Shown here piece by piece: positions 26,801 to 41,987 of a stretch of DNA of 64,000 bases. This stretch comes from Eledone cirrhosa (Eukaryota), in NCBI GenBank assembly GCA_964016885.1, contig OZ024743.1, positions 352,966,001 to 353,030,000 on the forward strand, written 5' to 3'. Numbering within the stretch: position 1 is the stretch's first letter; each line of letters opens with the position of its first letter. The position numbers were made by a program, and so were the translations under genes. The notes beneath the pieces are model-generated. The model was not told the DNA's origin. It worked only from the letters and a program-made list of their open reading frames with translations, and searched no databases.

Positions 26801-27173
26801 CGTCATTGAAATGTAGTGAAGTGGCTTCAACGGAGAATTGAATTGCTGAAAGGTTGTCTCTCGCCACAACGATAGTAGGTTTTGAGAACACTACAAATGG
26901 AGGTAGGAATGAAGAAGTATGACATTGTTACTGTTGTTATTATTCAACCCCAGGTCAGTTTATCTGAGACAAAATTATCTAGTTATGTCCTATTCCCTCT
27001 TTAAAAAAAGAAAAAAACGAAACTGGTAAGGTGTGGATTGAGAGAGATTTTACTACTAAGTCCATATAGATTGACTCCTCCATTGGTTCTAAGAAATAAT
27101 AGGTGTTAATGTGTCCTGGGCTAGAGAGAGAGGGAGAGAGGGAGAGAGGGAGAGAGAGAGGAAGAGAGATAAA

Positions 27174-27235
<62 letters not shown>

Positions 27236-28078
27236 AACTGGTATAGTTAAGGGCCATATTACACTATTTCTAAATGAAAGTGAATCAGTTTAAAATGAGA
27301 CAAACGGTTTCAAATTAGACACATGTCACTTCAAAATGGGCAATGGCACTTCAAAGTGAGAATAGTGATTACCTTGTAAGATTATATCATACAAACAAAA
27401 ACTAAACGTACTTTAATTAACTGACATGTCTTCTTGTTTTGGCTAATATAACAGGGAAGACGTTATCAGTTGGAGAATACGATATTATAAACAAACAAAA
27501 AAAAAACGAAAAGATCTGTCTATTTTAATGAGAGATGCAATAGCTTGTTTTCAATGGAGTTATTGCATTCAGAAAATCTGTATTTTTTAAGCACAGAGTG
27601 ACATCTAATCATTTACGAGTTAAACTGCTTGATCTTTGAACAGTGTTTTCGTAATGCCAAGGCAAATAGTATCAAGTGAACACTAAACAAAGTCAACACA
27701 AGCGCTTAATGTTGCTCGCAATCTGCTCATATATTGTTATAATCGTGGATCGGTATCATTGTCGCGCTTTCACTGAGAGTACAGGAAATGTTACAGCCAC
27801 ATGATGAGCTTTTTGCTTCATTACTGCGCAGATAAAATCTTATAAATAACCAGTCAAGTTTATATTATTAACATTAGAAATGGCGCAACGATATCATTTC
27901 ATACTGTGTTCGTATCTTAAACTCTGTTCGTAGTTAAATCGTTTTCTTTTAATCTAATTTTCAATTAGCAAGACCCTAGAATTATGAATACTGTGATATA
28001 ATGTCTAGTTGAATGGTATGCAAAATGCTAACTACACCGGACAGAACAAAGGAGAGACACAAAATAACTATAAAGGTA

Positions 28079-28121
28079 GTTACTGAGGAGGTCATAGAAT
28101 GTATGACGAAAGAGCTTTGAC
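28079..28121 (+). ncRNA. Diverged hammerhead of the 211..255 family in a solo pLTR remnant
   Basis: GUUA CUGAGGA G GUCAUA gaaug UAUGAC GAAA GagC UU UGAC. Flanks 28040..28180 and 29201..29242 match the pLTR at 5300..5513. Confidence 0.78.
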
Positions 28122-28180
28122 AATCAACAAATAAACAACCATTCTGTTATTTAAAAAAACGACTGGACGTTTATAATAAA

Positions 28181-29200
<1,020 letters not shown>

Positions 29201-30587
29201 TTGAAGTGAAAACCAACATGTGCGTGTGTTTATATTGACAACGGTAGATCTGTGCAAGAAATTGTATGAAGGGGAAAAAGTATTTTCAGGTGTTTGTGAT
29301 TTACTCATGGAATGTGTTAAAGGGATTAAGCTACTAACGTTCAGAATTTTTAAGGGGAGTTGTTATGGTTTGAAGGAAAATACGTTAGAGTGTGTTGTAA
29401 CACTGCTAGTCAAAGATTAGTCAGTGAAATTGTAAGGAAAAGTGGCGTAAAACTAGCTTTATTAATCACTTTAAAGACAAGGACAATGTAACGAAGAGGT
29501 AAAATTACAGAGGAAGTGAGATAAAGTAATAAAGTAATTAAGGTGCAAGCGAGAGAAAGAAAGTCATGGCCGCCAAACAATATCAAGATAGAGGGGATAT
29601 GAAAGGAATGCAACATGATTCATAGTGTTACAGCTGTCATGAAGTCATATTCCTAATGATACTGTAACAAATTCTTATTAATAAAACACGAAACAGTTAA
29701 ATATATTTTATTCAAACGACACAGCTACTGTAAGAACAGGGTTGCTATATGAACAGTCGATCAACTTTCGTTCATGCCAATAGAATCCATATTACTAACC
29801 TAGAATTTCTAGTCATATGATTGTTATTCTAATTAAGTTAACTGAAAGCAACATCAAATCTCCGTTTGTTGCAATATAAAAACGAGAAACAACACCTTAA
29901 AGACAAAAAGTACAAAACTACCAAAACCGAAAACACTTCAAAGTAGATTATCTACACGTATATATTTACCCATACACATTCACATATCCATACAGAATCC
30001 GAAAAGTAGTCTACAGCTGTTGCTGGTGGTGTAGTTCGATTTGTCGCCGTCGTTCTTCCTCTCGTCGTTGTTGTTGTCGTGATTGGTGTTGTTGTTGTTG
30101 TTGTTTCTTTCACTTGCTTTGTTGTTGCTGTTACTGCTGCTGTTGTTCACGTTGTTGTTCAATTCGTTGTTAGTGTTGTTGCTATTGTTGCTTTCATTTG
30201 TTTTGTTTTTATTGTCGGTGTTGCTGTTGTTGTTGTTGTTGGCGATACTGCTTAAAGTGGTGGTAGTTTTCAGAATGGTGGTGAGGGTGGTGTCTGAGCC
30301 GTTGTCACGTGACACCTGGCTCAACGTAAGGGGCTTTATTCCACCATATTTTTTTTTTATTTTTTGACAGAAAAATGTTTCAAAGCATAATATTCAAATA
30401 TTTAACCTTCGGCGGAAATATTATGGGGTCGGCTTTTCAAAGAGCAATGAATGGCACCTTATATACAATTTGTAAAAATGATATTCAACAAATTCCACTT
30501 TAAAGCAACTTAACATAACCAACCTTCTGGAGCCAATATGAACACGTCCATCGCAAACAAGAAACAAAATAGTAATAATAATAATAA

Positions 30588-31042
30588 TTGTTTCTACTTT
30601 AGGCACAAGGCCAGCAATTACCCAGTGTACTATTGGTACTTTATTTTATCGACCCCATAAGGATGAAAGGCAAAGTTAACCTCGGCGGGATTTGAACTCA
30701 GAATGGCAAGGGCCGTAACTCTATGCGTCAATAATAATGGTTTCTACTATAGGCCAGTACTTTTTGGGTAGGGGAAAGTCGATTAAATCGACCCCGTAAG
30801 GATGAAAGGCAAAGCTAACCTCGGCGGGATTTGAACTCAGAACGTAAAGGGCCATAACTCTATACAGCTAAGTATGTTGCCTGACGCTCTACCGATTCTG
30901 CCAATCCGCCGCCCTAGCAATAATAATAATTGTTTCTACTTTAGGCACAAGGCCAGCAATTACCCAGTGCATTACTGGTACTTTATTTTATCGACCTCGT
31001 AAGGATGAAAGGCAAAGTCAACCTCGGCGGGATTTGAACTCA
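30588..31042 (-). mobile_element. Cluster of three tandem SINE copies
   Basis: Three repeats of tcgacccc.taaggatgaaaggcaaag..aacctcggcgggatttgaactca, separated by (AAT)n. Confidence 0.85.
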
Positions 31043-31327
31043 ATAATAATAATAGTGATAATAAAGGAAATGATTTAATATATTATTTCCAATATAATAA
31101 TTAAAAGTTTATCTTGACATAACAAGAGGACTCATGGATCAAAATAATTATATGCACTAGTCAATATAGAAATCTATATTGTCTTTTGAATCAGAACAAA
31201 TCGATATTATGAGTGCCAAAGTTACGCTAAGACAGATACAAAACTCAAAGTAATTTTTACCAATTAGATTATATTTACTTGTATGAGTGTGCGTGAGTGC
31301 GTGAGTGTGTCTACGTATGCATGTATG

Positions 31328-31411
<84 letters not shown>

Positions 31412-31655
31412 ACACATGTGTATGTATTCCAAATATGCTTCGGAAAAAAAATAAGCATGCTAATATATAACCGACCTACATCATGCATTCTTTAGAGAAA
31501 TACGATTAAAAATAAACTGTTTAGCTCGGAAGATGACTTTCTATTATATGAGAGTATATTGTATAAGAATATATATGATAGGACAGGAATAGAATCATCT
31601 GCTAGCAAAACACCAATATTTGTAACATAGTTACTGAAGACCTTATTAAATTTAC

Positions 31656-31913
31656 CTAGTGGTAGGGTGTTGAGCTTACGATCATAATGTCGTGGGTTCG
31701 ATTCCTGGGCTGGGCTGCGTGTTGTATTCTCGCATTGCTCCAGTATACTCAGCTGAAAATGAGTACCAGCAATAGCTGGAGGTTTAACCCTGCGATGGAC
31801 TGGCGTCCTGTCCAGGGGAAGTTTTGTACTCCCAGTCGCTTCACGCCAAGAAACCGGCTTAAGCACCGGCCTAACGTGCCTTCTGGCTTAAGACAGACTT
31901 CAGACTTAGACTT
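31656..31913 (+). mobile_element. tRNA-derived SINE with MetaSINE-like central domain
   Basis: A-box tagtggtagg, B-box ggttcgattcc, then accctgcgatggactggcgtcctgtccagggg and agtcgcttcacgccaagaaaccgg; short (AGACTT)n-like tail. Confidence 0.7.
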
Positions 31914-32729
31914 ATGACACACAACGCACGAAACTTTCAGAATGGACTCAGGCATGGCTGCGAGGTTAAGAAGTTAGCTTCGCATCCATCTCATTTCGGT
32001 TTCAATCTCACTAGGTGTTACGTTTGGCAATTGTGTTCTGCTACTTATATATATGTGTATGAGTGCATGTGTGTGTGTATGAGTGCATGTGTGTGCGTAT
32101 GTATGTGTGTGTGCATGTGTGTGTGTGAGTGTATGTGTGTGTGTATGTGTGTGCGTGTACTTACGTTAATACAGTACAATAAGTAGAAAACAATATCTAC
32201 TCTGAGTTTCCCAAACTATGCATCGCATAGTTCTTCGTTAGGTCTGCTTTTCTCAACTTCATCTAGGGGCGGAATGCAGGGTGATTTAACCTGTAAAGAA
32301 TGTGGCCGGTTATGTCTAAGTAGGGCGACCCTTGTAAGTGATCAATTATCAATTTTCTCAACTTCCTCTAGGGGAGGAATTTGAGGATGGAGAAGGATGT
32401 GCTGTCCTCCAGTAAATTTGCTGAAAGATAGGTGCGAGTGGTGAGTATGGCTCGGGTGAATGGTTCCACTCACAAGATGCTCAAGTTGGCCAAGGAACAG
32501 GTGTGGGAGAGGGCACTTTACCTTAGTAGTAGAGGAAATCCTCGATCTGTGGAGCTCCTTGATTGGCTGATTTCCTTGATTGGCTGATTTCATATTTCAT
32601 TCCATTTTTATGCTGTTCTTTTTTTTTTGTCTGTCGAAATGACTTTTGGTTAACCTCATCCCTCCACCGATTTTGTAATTATGCCTTGTAATGTCCCATC
32701 ATCTGTCGCCCAGGTGGCGAATAAAGAAT

Positions 32730-32802
<73 letters not shown>

Positions 32803-33007
32803 AAAGCGCCTGACATCGTAAATATTTTCAGCCATTGGCAGGCTGTCATTATCTACAGTAGAAAATATGACAGATTAAATCACACCATTTTAAAGGTTTT
32901 TTTTTTTTAATACTCTTCATTATTTTATTCTTTAATTGTTTTAAATCTTCATTTGAAACTATTTTGCGCGCTTGACTTGATAGTTATGCGCATAAAATAC
33001 ATTTCAA

Positions 33008-33400
33008 ACACACACACGTACACACACACGTACACATACGTACACACACACGTATACACACGTACATACATACGTACATACATACATACATACATACATA
33101 CATACATACATACATACATACATACATACATACATACATACATACATACACTTGCACGCACAAAAGCGTTTGGTCGTAATACTCACACACGTACACACAC
33201 GTACACATACACGTATACACACGTACATACACACATACATACATACATACATACATACATACATACATACATACATACATACATACATACACTTGCACGC
33301 ACAAAAGCGTTTGGTCGTAATACTCACACACGTACACACACGTACACATACACGTATACACACGTACATACATACATACATACATACATACATACATACA

Positions 33401-33434
<34 letters not shown>

Positions 33435-33898
33435 CATACATACATACATACATACATACAAGTATGACCGAACTTGGATTTGCGGACAAAAAGCGCAGCT
33501 CCCTAATTCATAGTCTACAAATGGCTGCGATAGCTGGCACCTTCAAAATATGCAAAACATTCTTGCGATTCAAGGGATGACAATTTCTTTTCTTTTACAA
33601 CCTTGCCACCAGGAAGGTGGCCGGTCAAAAACATATACTCGAAATTAAGAGAAAGAGAAAACATACATACATACATACATACATACATACATACATACAT
33701 ACATACATACATACATACATACACTTGCACGCACAAAAGCGTTTGGTCGTAATACTCACACACGTACACACACGTACACATACACGTATACACACGTACA
33801 TACATACATACATACATACATACATACATACATACATACATACATACATACATACATACATACATACATACACTTGCACGCACAAAAGCGTTTGGTCA
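33008..33898. repeat. Compound tandem repeat: (TACA)n plus a ~75-bp unique spacer, unit ~140 bp
   Basis: cacttgcacgcacaaaagcgtttggtc recurs at ~33149, 33289, 33722 and 33871. Confidence 0.88.
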
Positions 33899-34189
33899 TA
33901 ATTTTAAGTGGAAACGTAGTGACACTAGCTTGTCTTCTGTACTTTAAAACTGGCGGGGCCCATCCCTCTCTCAGTTGGAGCAGAGCCAATTTCTTCAAGA
34001 GAGAGAGAGTGAGAATGCGTGAGAGAGAGAGCAAGAGAGAGGGTATGTGAGAAGGTGATATAGAGGCAGAATCAGTCTCAGTACTGAACTTCTACTTTTC
34101 TATCGATCTCAAAGGTTGACTTCAGCACGGTTGAAACTCAGAGGGCAGAGACCCGGGACAAATTTATATATATATATATACAATATAAT

Positions 34190-34638
34190 ATATTAACAAA
34201 TGGAAACTATATTTATAAAACCATATTTATTTCATTATACATATTTCAAGGGCCACCAAAGCAAACTATGGTGCGCTTTCATCAGATAAAATATAGGTTA
34301 GTTTTATAAATAAATATTGACACTAATTTGCATAATAAACCAACAATAAATCTAATAACTCCACTATCCAGGAGATTCCAACCAGAATGGTTGCATTTTT
34401 TAAGGGTATGTCAATATTTATTTATAAAACTAACCTATATTATATTTTATCTGATGAAAGCGCACCATAGTTTGCTTTGGTGGCCCTTGAAATATGTATA
34501 ATGAAATAAATATGGTTTTATAAATATAGTTTCCATTTGTTAATATATTGTATATTTACTCCAATAATTTGTTGAGTGCTTTATATGAGTTATAAAAATA
34601 TTTTGCTTGTTGTATCCCAACAAATTAAATATAACCTC

Positions 34639-34640
<2 letters not shown>
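34190..34640. mobile_element. ORF-less palindromic PLE-type mini-element with hammerhead-like cores
   Basis: 34190..34322 is a near-perfect inverse of 34409..34545, and the right arm extends ~95 nt further. CTGATGA-stem-GAAA at 34451..34492. Confidence 0.75.
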
Positions 34641-34693
<53 letters not shown>

Positions 34694-34922
34694 TTAGCTT
34701 CGGCATAGCTGTATACATACATGTATGTGCATTTCGTAAATCTAAGGTATGTTTAATAAATAAATATTTTGAAAGCCCAGCTATGAATATTGAAATGCTG
34801 AAGGAACAGCGCCGCCTAGCGGGTTCCAACAGGAGCAGCAAGGAACAAATTCTTTATGCACATTTCAAGCTTCTGGCTCTCATCAGGAAAGTGCCTCCCC
34901 TTGCTTTCTGCTGAATATATAT

Positions 34923-35522
<600 letters not shown>

Positions 35523-35577
35523 ATTTAAGTAACAGCCGTACTAAGAGTGGGAAATGAAATTTCGTTTCATTTTTTCC

Positions 35578-35658
<81 letters not shown>

Positions 35659-35797
35659 AAGGAACGATCGACTTTCGTCAAATCGGACCGAGGGAGCAAT
35701 ATTTCCGTTGGTCTTTCCAATTGCTAATACTATCTATCGGTCGCAACTCCAGGTAGAAGGAGCAACGTGAAATAAAGTGTCTTGCTCAAGGACATAA

Positions 35798-35847
<50 letters not shown>

Positions 35848-36129
35848 TAGGTTTGGGAAGTCGCTGCAATACATATGGGGTTGAGAATATCGTGATAACA
35901 AGGCATTACGAGGAAGAAGGAGAGAAACGAAAATGAACGTGGAAATATTTATTAGTCTGGATATTCTACATAATACGATATTCGTATATCCCTTTTCAAG
36001 GAAGTTGTTAAAGAACTCTGCAATGTTCGCCTCAGAATTGAAAGGGCCATGATATGATCACGTAAACGGCTGCAGTCAATTGACTGCTCAAGAATACGAT
36101 GTTATAGCATTCATACAACATGGCCGCTC

Positions 36130-37770
36130 CTGCGCAATATATATTGAATTATGAGAGATTGAATACTTCCAAAATGACTTCGTTCTAGCACTTCAACATC
36201 ACTCATATGTGATTGCGAATGGATATCGTATATTCTGCGAAGGAAGACACTGTGGATGTTTAAGCATTTTTATATCTCGGTAGTATGTAACCCTAGTTTC
36301 ACATGCAAACAACACTGAAGACAATACACATATTCTGTACACATTTAACTTAGTATTAATCCCACGTCGACACCAGAGAAGCCCACCTAATTTACCAAAA
36401 GAATCACTTGCTTTCTTTAGTGGTGAAGAGGTTTCATCATCAAGAGTGTTTGTCCTGTTAATTGTACTGCCTAATAATATAAATTTAACCACAACCTTCA
36501 ATGTTTTGCCATGCACTTAAATGCTAGGCACAATGACGTCCTTACCCGGAACATGTTGATACATGCAACTGTCTTGGCCAGACTGATGGTCAGACTCAAT
36601 GCGCTGCATGTCACCGCCAGAATGAACAATAAGATCACAATTATCTGCATACACAAATTCATGTATTAAAGAAGGGAACTCTTTTGTTTTGGAAGCAAAC
36701 CGCCTGATGTTAAGCAACTAACCCGTCGAACTATACCTGATAAAAATTTCATGTGTGCAGTCCTCAAATGACATGAGGAAAACAACAGAGAAATACAATG
36801 CAAATAGAATATGTGTTGGTATATCCCATTAGTTTACCCCATTTTCAACAAAAATGGGATCTGATACCTATTTATCTATATTAATAAAATCTTGTATACC
36901 AACATGAAAATCTCTCAGAACTGATACGAATTTGTCAGGACAACCGGGCTTAGTGAGAGTCTTCCATAAAGCAATCCTATTCACCGTATCAAATGCATTT
37001 GTCAAGTCAATAAAGACATAATACAAATCTGTTCCCTGCTCAATAAAATGCCCCTGTAGTTGCTTCACGGAGAAGATCTTGTCTGTTGTCCCTCTGCTAC
37101 CTCTAAAGCCACACTGCGACCCAGAAAGAACGTCGCCAGTGATGTTATCAAGCAATCTGTCCAGCATGATTTTACACAAGAATTTACCCACAACTGACTG
37201 GAAGGCTATCCTACGATGATTACCACAATCATCCTTTGCGTCTTTTCCTTTATAAAGCACCACCATCAATTCATCTTTCTAGTTTTGGGGAACTCTTTCT
37301 TCTCACCAAACCTTACGTGTCAGGTTTGTAAGAAGTCGAAGAATGTTTCGACTTCCACATTTCAGTACTTCAGCACAAATACCATCCATAGACTTCTTGT
37401 AATAAGTTGTAAAGTATCTTTGTATTGTTAGCATTACCTGCAGCCTGAATCTCCTTCGTTTTACTTCTCCACTATACATCTTGCATGTTACGGGGCTTGC
37501 ACAGTAAGTTAACCTTCACCTCCTTCAACAATATTTCACTCTTTCCATCTCCTTGTCCTCCCGTAAGCACTTTCATCATCGCTGTTTTCTTTTCATTAAG
37601 TAACACTTGAATCTCTTCTTCGTTTTCATTAAACCAATCTTGATGTTTCAACAAACCCAAGAACAGATGCCAAAGTATCATAAACCGAATTTTCAAAATC
37701 TTTCCATGTGTCATCACACTAAATCTCGTCTAACTTTCTCACCAGCTCATCCTTTATTGAAGCATTTTTA
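36130..37770 (-). mobile_element. RTE-clade LINE, decayed
   Basis: HQDWFNEN, LYKGK..DCGNHRRI, SQCGFRGSRGTTD, FIDLTNAFDTVNR, GCPDKF, YADNC, TKLNVYR..VLSSVLFACET. Confidence 0.92.
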
Positions 37771-38011
37771 ATTGGAGCATCACTTAGTGGTAAAGGTGGT
37801 GGACGTACGAACACAATGTCGTGGGTTCAAATCCTGGACCAATCACCCTCACTGAGCAACGGTAACAGTTACCGGTTTTATATCAGAAATTTCTTCTAGA
37901 ACGATGTCCTAATAAGGATCGGGGGTCGTTCACTGCCGGTGAGCTAACTGCGCGCTCGGACACCAAACTGAGTATTTCCATATCCCCGCGCATATATACA
38001 TATATACATAT

Positions 38012-41000
38012 AGAGAGTCGACGCGATCAGTCGCATATTTTGGCGTGGGAGACTATTTATTAAATTTAAGATGAATACTATCTCCGACAGTAATGCCACA
38101 ACTACAGTCAGGTTGAATAACTGGTTATTCTTCTAACTATATCTTCTGAAGACACCTTTTATTCGAATTCGTAGAGATATCCGACTAAATATATAATTCA
38201 TTTTACAAGGATTTGCTACAAACAGCATGGCTGAACACAACATCAACAAAAAAAATTAAGGAAGCACCGAAGACAAATAACAAGGAAGGTAATCAAACTT
38301 TATTCAGTTGTAGCTACAGAAGAAACCGAAATTATAAATCGCATTTATCTTGGAGTTGCGAACTTAATAATGATTTATTTAATTGTTAAAAAACAATCCC
38401 TCCATTGGCTATATGAACAGAATGAAGCTACACTGGGACGAAATGCACCCAGAGCTAAATTATTTCACAGCGAAATAATTACGCCAACAAGCGACGTTTG
38501 TTGAACGTAAAAATAAGATAAATATTATTAATTGTAAGTCCCCCACAACAAACATATTATCAACAACACGTGCTACAGGTCGCCATGCTACTAGACTTCT
38601 TAGCAGCCAGGTCGAACAGCGTCTTGAAACAACTATGCCTGTAAGAAACTTGACACCACCTGTACCATCTAAGTCTACCTCGAATGCTGGGGAAAACACT
38701 ATCGATAATAATAATAATCGAAGAAATAATAATAATAATCGAAGAAATTTGACACCACGTGTACCATCCGAGTCTACCTCGACTGTTGTGGAAAATACTA
38801 GCGATAATGATAATAATCAAAAGTATAAACAATTGAAATTTTCCCTCAACGAAATCTTCCAGAGAGAAATTAATTCATGTATAAATATCTCTCTTGCTGA
38901 ACGTATTAAAACGACAATGTTTAATAAAAAAAAAAACAACAAATAATGAAATATTACGTGTTATTGACGAAATAGGGGATGAATATTTATTTGCCCTAGA
39001 AACGACAGTGAAGCATTATCTTGGAGATATTAACAAGAACAGAACACCACCAAAAATACCATCATATATAACTAAAATAGAAAAAAAGATTGCTGACCTA
39101 CGAAAAAACATAGGATATGTATGTGACAATGCTCCTTACATACAAATAAACCTCACTCCTCCCCAACAAAGAGTGAAAAATAAAATAGAGACGATGTTTG
39201 GTAACAGTAGAACCAGAACTCTTCAATATAAGCTGATCATCCTCAAACAAGAATTGAGAGCTGTTGGCGAAAAACGCCGATACCTGAAGAAGGTAGATGA
39301 GAGAAAAGTGCTTAATAAAAGATTCAGACGAAACCAAACATCAGTCTATAGAGATATGAAGGCCAAAATAATAAGTGTCACTGAGGCCCCATCCCAGAAA
39401 GACAGATTCCTTTTGGAGCAAAATATGGGGTGAAAAGAAGAATTTCAACCAAGATGCAGTGTGGCTAAGAGAAATCCGAAAGAACTATTGCTCCTACACT
39501 ACAACAAAAACATACGAAATAAGTGAGGGTACCCTTGAGACTGTGATAGGAAAACTCCAAGATAAGAAAACACCAGGAAGAGACATGATTGTCGGCTACT
39601 GGTACAAAAAACTGATATTCTATCGGAGGTATCTTACTGACCTCTACCAACAAGCTCTTAAGGGAGATACACTTATACCAGAATGGTTGACATTAGCACA
39701 AACGTTACTGGTCCCCAAGAACAAAGACACCCACAAAAAACTACCGACCCATTGCATGCCAGAACCTGATGTATAAGATGTATACAGCCTGAACCTATTC
39801 CTCCAAGATCACTGTGAAAATAATAACATCATCACAGATGAACAAGCAGATGGAAAGAAAGGGGTTTGGGGATGTGCTTAACAACTCCTAATCAACAAAA
39901 CTGCGATGTCGGAGGTGCGACAACTTAGGAGGAATATGGCTACAGTCTGGCTGGACTACAGAAAAGCTTTCGATTCTGTTCCCCACTCTTGGATGATAGA
40001 GGCCCTCCAACTTGCTAAAGTCCCAGACATTATTGTCAGAGTCATAGAGAGGCTGTCTTCTTCTTGGGCTACTATCCTAAGGTTAAAGACAGAGAGGGAG
40101 GACTATATTTTCACTGATAAAATAAAATATTGCAGGGGTATATTTCAGGGGGACATCTCTCTGTGATATTATTCATCTTGTCATTAAACCCCTTGTCCTT
40201 TCTGCTCAAGAAACGTGAGGGATACATCATTGGCTCACAGGAGGACAGAAATACGAACCTAACCCATAATTTCTTCGTGGACGATCTGAAACTCTATGCC
40301 AAGAACATGGATGGGATGAAGAAAAATCTTGACCTGGTTACAACGTTCTAAAAGGATATAGGAATGGAGTGTGGCCAAGATAAATGCTCATACATGACTG
40401 TAAAGCGGGGAAAAACAACAACCCAATCTAGCAACATTATCATCAATGGCCTAACTGTTTCACCCATATCTGATGAGGACTGCTACAGATACCTGGGGAT
40501 AGATGAGAACATATCCTATAATGGTATCTGTAATAAAGAACGCGTAACCAGGGAATACTACACCCGATTGAGAAAGATCTGGTCATCGGAACTCTCTGCG
40601 CAAAACAAAACAGTGGCTCACAATGCGTTTGCTGTGCCTGTCCTAACACCAACGTTTGGAATACTCAATTGGACGATAGACGTAATCCGAGCAGTTGATG
40701 TTGGAACTCGAAAAATACTGAACAACACCGGAAACTTCCACATCAACAGTGACATAGACCGCCTTTACTTGAAACGTAAGCAGGGAGGCAGAGGCCTAAC
40801 ATCAGTCCAGACAACATTTGAATGTCGCATCATATCTCTCCGACAACATCTACGAACTTCGAAGCGTAGGAGCCCGTTTCTCGAGCAAGTCTATCTGCAT
40901 GAAACAGATAAGATCATGAGAGTTGGGAAGGAACTCCTTGAGAGATATTCCCTGTGTGATAATCAAAAACTCACACCCAGGAAAGTAGCTCAGCAGTATC

Positions 41001-41393
41001 GCAGTGAATCCATGGATGAAAAATTGCATGCTTATCAGCAAAGAATCATGCATGGATATCTTGCCTGGAAGCTCCAGAGTGAGAGTAATATACATAAAGA
41101 AAGTAGTCTATCTTGGACCAACAACTGCTATATTGGCTCCCACTTTGAAGGATACGCTTTTGCAATCCATGAACAGGAGATTAACACGAAATACCTGATT
41201 CACAAAAGAGATAGGGATGCAGGCAAAACACCTAGATATGATAACAAGTGCAGACTATGCAGAACTAACATCGAGGATATCACCCATGTCATCAGCAGCT
41301 GTCCAAAGATGTCATCGCGGTACTATCTACCTATGAGGCATGATGTAGTGGCCAAACACTGTAGAACTAACATCGAGGATATCACCCATGTCG
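38012..41393 (+). mobile_element. R4/Dong-like RLE LINE, copy 1 (3'-truncated, frameshifted; 5' boundary uncertain)
   Basis: WLDYRKAFDSVPHSW, GIFQGD, FFVDDLKLY, YRYLGI, DRLYLKRKQGGRGL, CRLC..EDITHVISSC and RHD motifs. Confidence 0.92.
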
Positions 41394-41850
41394 TGAAGAT
41401 TTTTTTAAAGTGGGAAAAGACAGTGTACTGAGCCAATCCCACTCTGAGCGACAGTAGCTATAACCCGAAAAGAAGAAATGATCAACATCATCGGTAACTA
41501 CTGAGCCGTAGGTTTTATGTCGGAGTTATCCCAGTTTCCTGAGTTGCCTTCTCCTAGAAGAATGCTCTGACAAAGGCTAGGTGTCCTTTACTCCCACTGG
41601 TTTAACTGCTCGATCGAGTATCCAGCCCGATTATTTCTATGTCCCCGCGCATATACATACACTTATATACATACATATATACACATGTACATACATATTT
41701 ACATATTTTTGGATGGCCGTTGACTCTTGTGAATTCTTCCGCCCTTTGTCAGGTTTTGTTTTTTGCCTTGCCCAAAATCACCCTCCTCACATACATACAT
41801 ACATACATACATATGCATACACAAACACGCACACAGACACACACACGCGT

Positions 41851-41924
<74 letters not shown>

Positions 41925-41926
41925 GC

Positions 41927-41972
<46 letters not shown>

Positions 41973-41987
41973 TTATCTATCTATCTA

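Noticed and set aside
31656-31730. tRNA-like sequence (also ~37780..37840)
   Set aside because: A/B boxes without a full cloverleaf, followed by a SINE body: a SINE head, not a tRNA gene.
33008-33898. CRISPR-like appearance of a constant unit with variable intervals
   Set aside because: The variable parts are just (TACA)n; eukaryotic context; no cas genes.
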